From: Lama guanicoe
Taxonomy: Eukaryota
Assembly (NCBI GenBank): GCA_013239625.1
Contig: MU056756.1
Coordinates: 558,001 to 622,000 of the forward strand
Reading direction: 5' to 3'
DNA: 64,000 nt
The translations under genes and the position numbers were made by a program. Below, in pieces: positions 63,901 through 64,000 of this stretch. How positions within the stretch are numbered: the first letter of the stretch is position 1; each line of letters begins with the position of its first letter. The notes below the pieces were generated by a model. It did no database searches and had not been told where the DNA came from. It was given only the letters and a program-made list of their open reading frames with translations.

Positions 63901-64000
63901 TTCTGACGTCGACATCCATTGTTTCTGGATGTTTCCATGAACAGGAACCCGGCCCCAGCCAGGATGAGGTGGTGTTTCCACCATTGCTTAAGCTCAGCTG

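Noticed and set aside
1-64000. CRISPR arrays, operons, defence systems, intact transposase or RT genes, antisense lncRNA, imprinting control element
   Set aside because: No repeat-spacer structure or intact mobile-element ORF was seen in this mammalian intron-exon DNA. Antisense transcription or imprinting cannot be established from sequence alone.

Overview
Eukaryotic (mammalian) genomic DNA, GC- and CpG-rich, containing the 3' part of one plus-strand gene: DLGAP2 (SAPAP2), a postsynaptic scaffold. Eleven coding exons can be joined in frame using GT-AG sites with consistent phases: <3-716, 6613-6809, 20341-20488, 24658-24874, 33547-33896 (contains a 132-N gap), 34867-34908 (42-nt cassette), 40548-40633, 42152-42567, 50293-50384, 56489-56641 and 58933-59151. 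Together they give 877 codons ending in the Shank-PDZ ligand EAQTRL*. The N-terminus lies upstream of the window. A long 3' UTR follows. The introns hold decayed L1, MIR, L2, MLT1/MLT2 and Tigger fragments plus three tRNA-derived SINEs that resemble the camelid family, which suggests camel, alpaca or llama. Nearly all ORF-track entries outside these exons are GC-rich noise. I found no demonstrably new biological system. The best leads are regulatory or evolutionary: a cassette exon that disrupts an LC8 (DYNLL) motif, a TDP-43-type cryptic exon layout, unannotated exon candidates upstream of the VPQDEW exon, tandem MEF2 sites, clustered miRNA seeds, and AT-to-GC protein drift. Comparisons with human or paralog proteins and repeat consensuses are from memory and need checking. 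Repeat boundaries are approximate.
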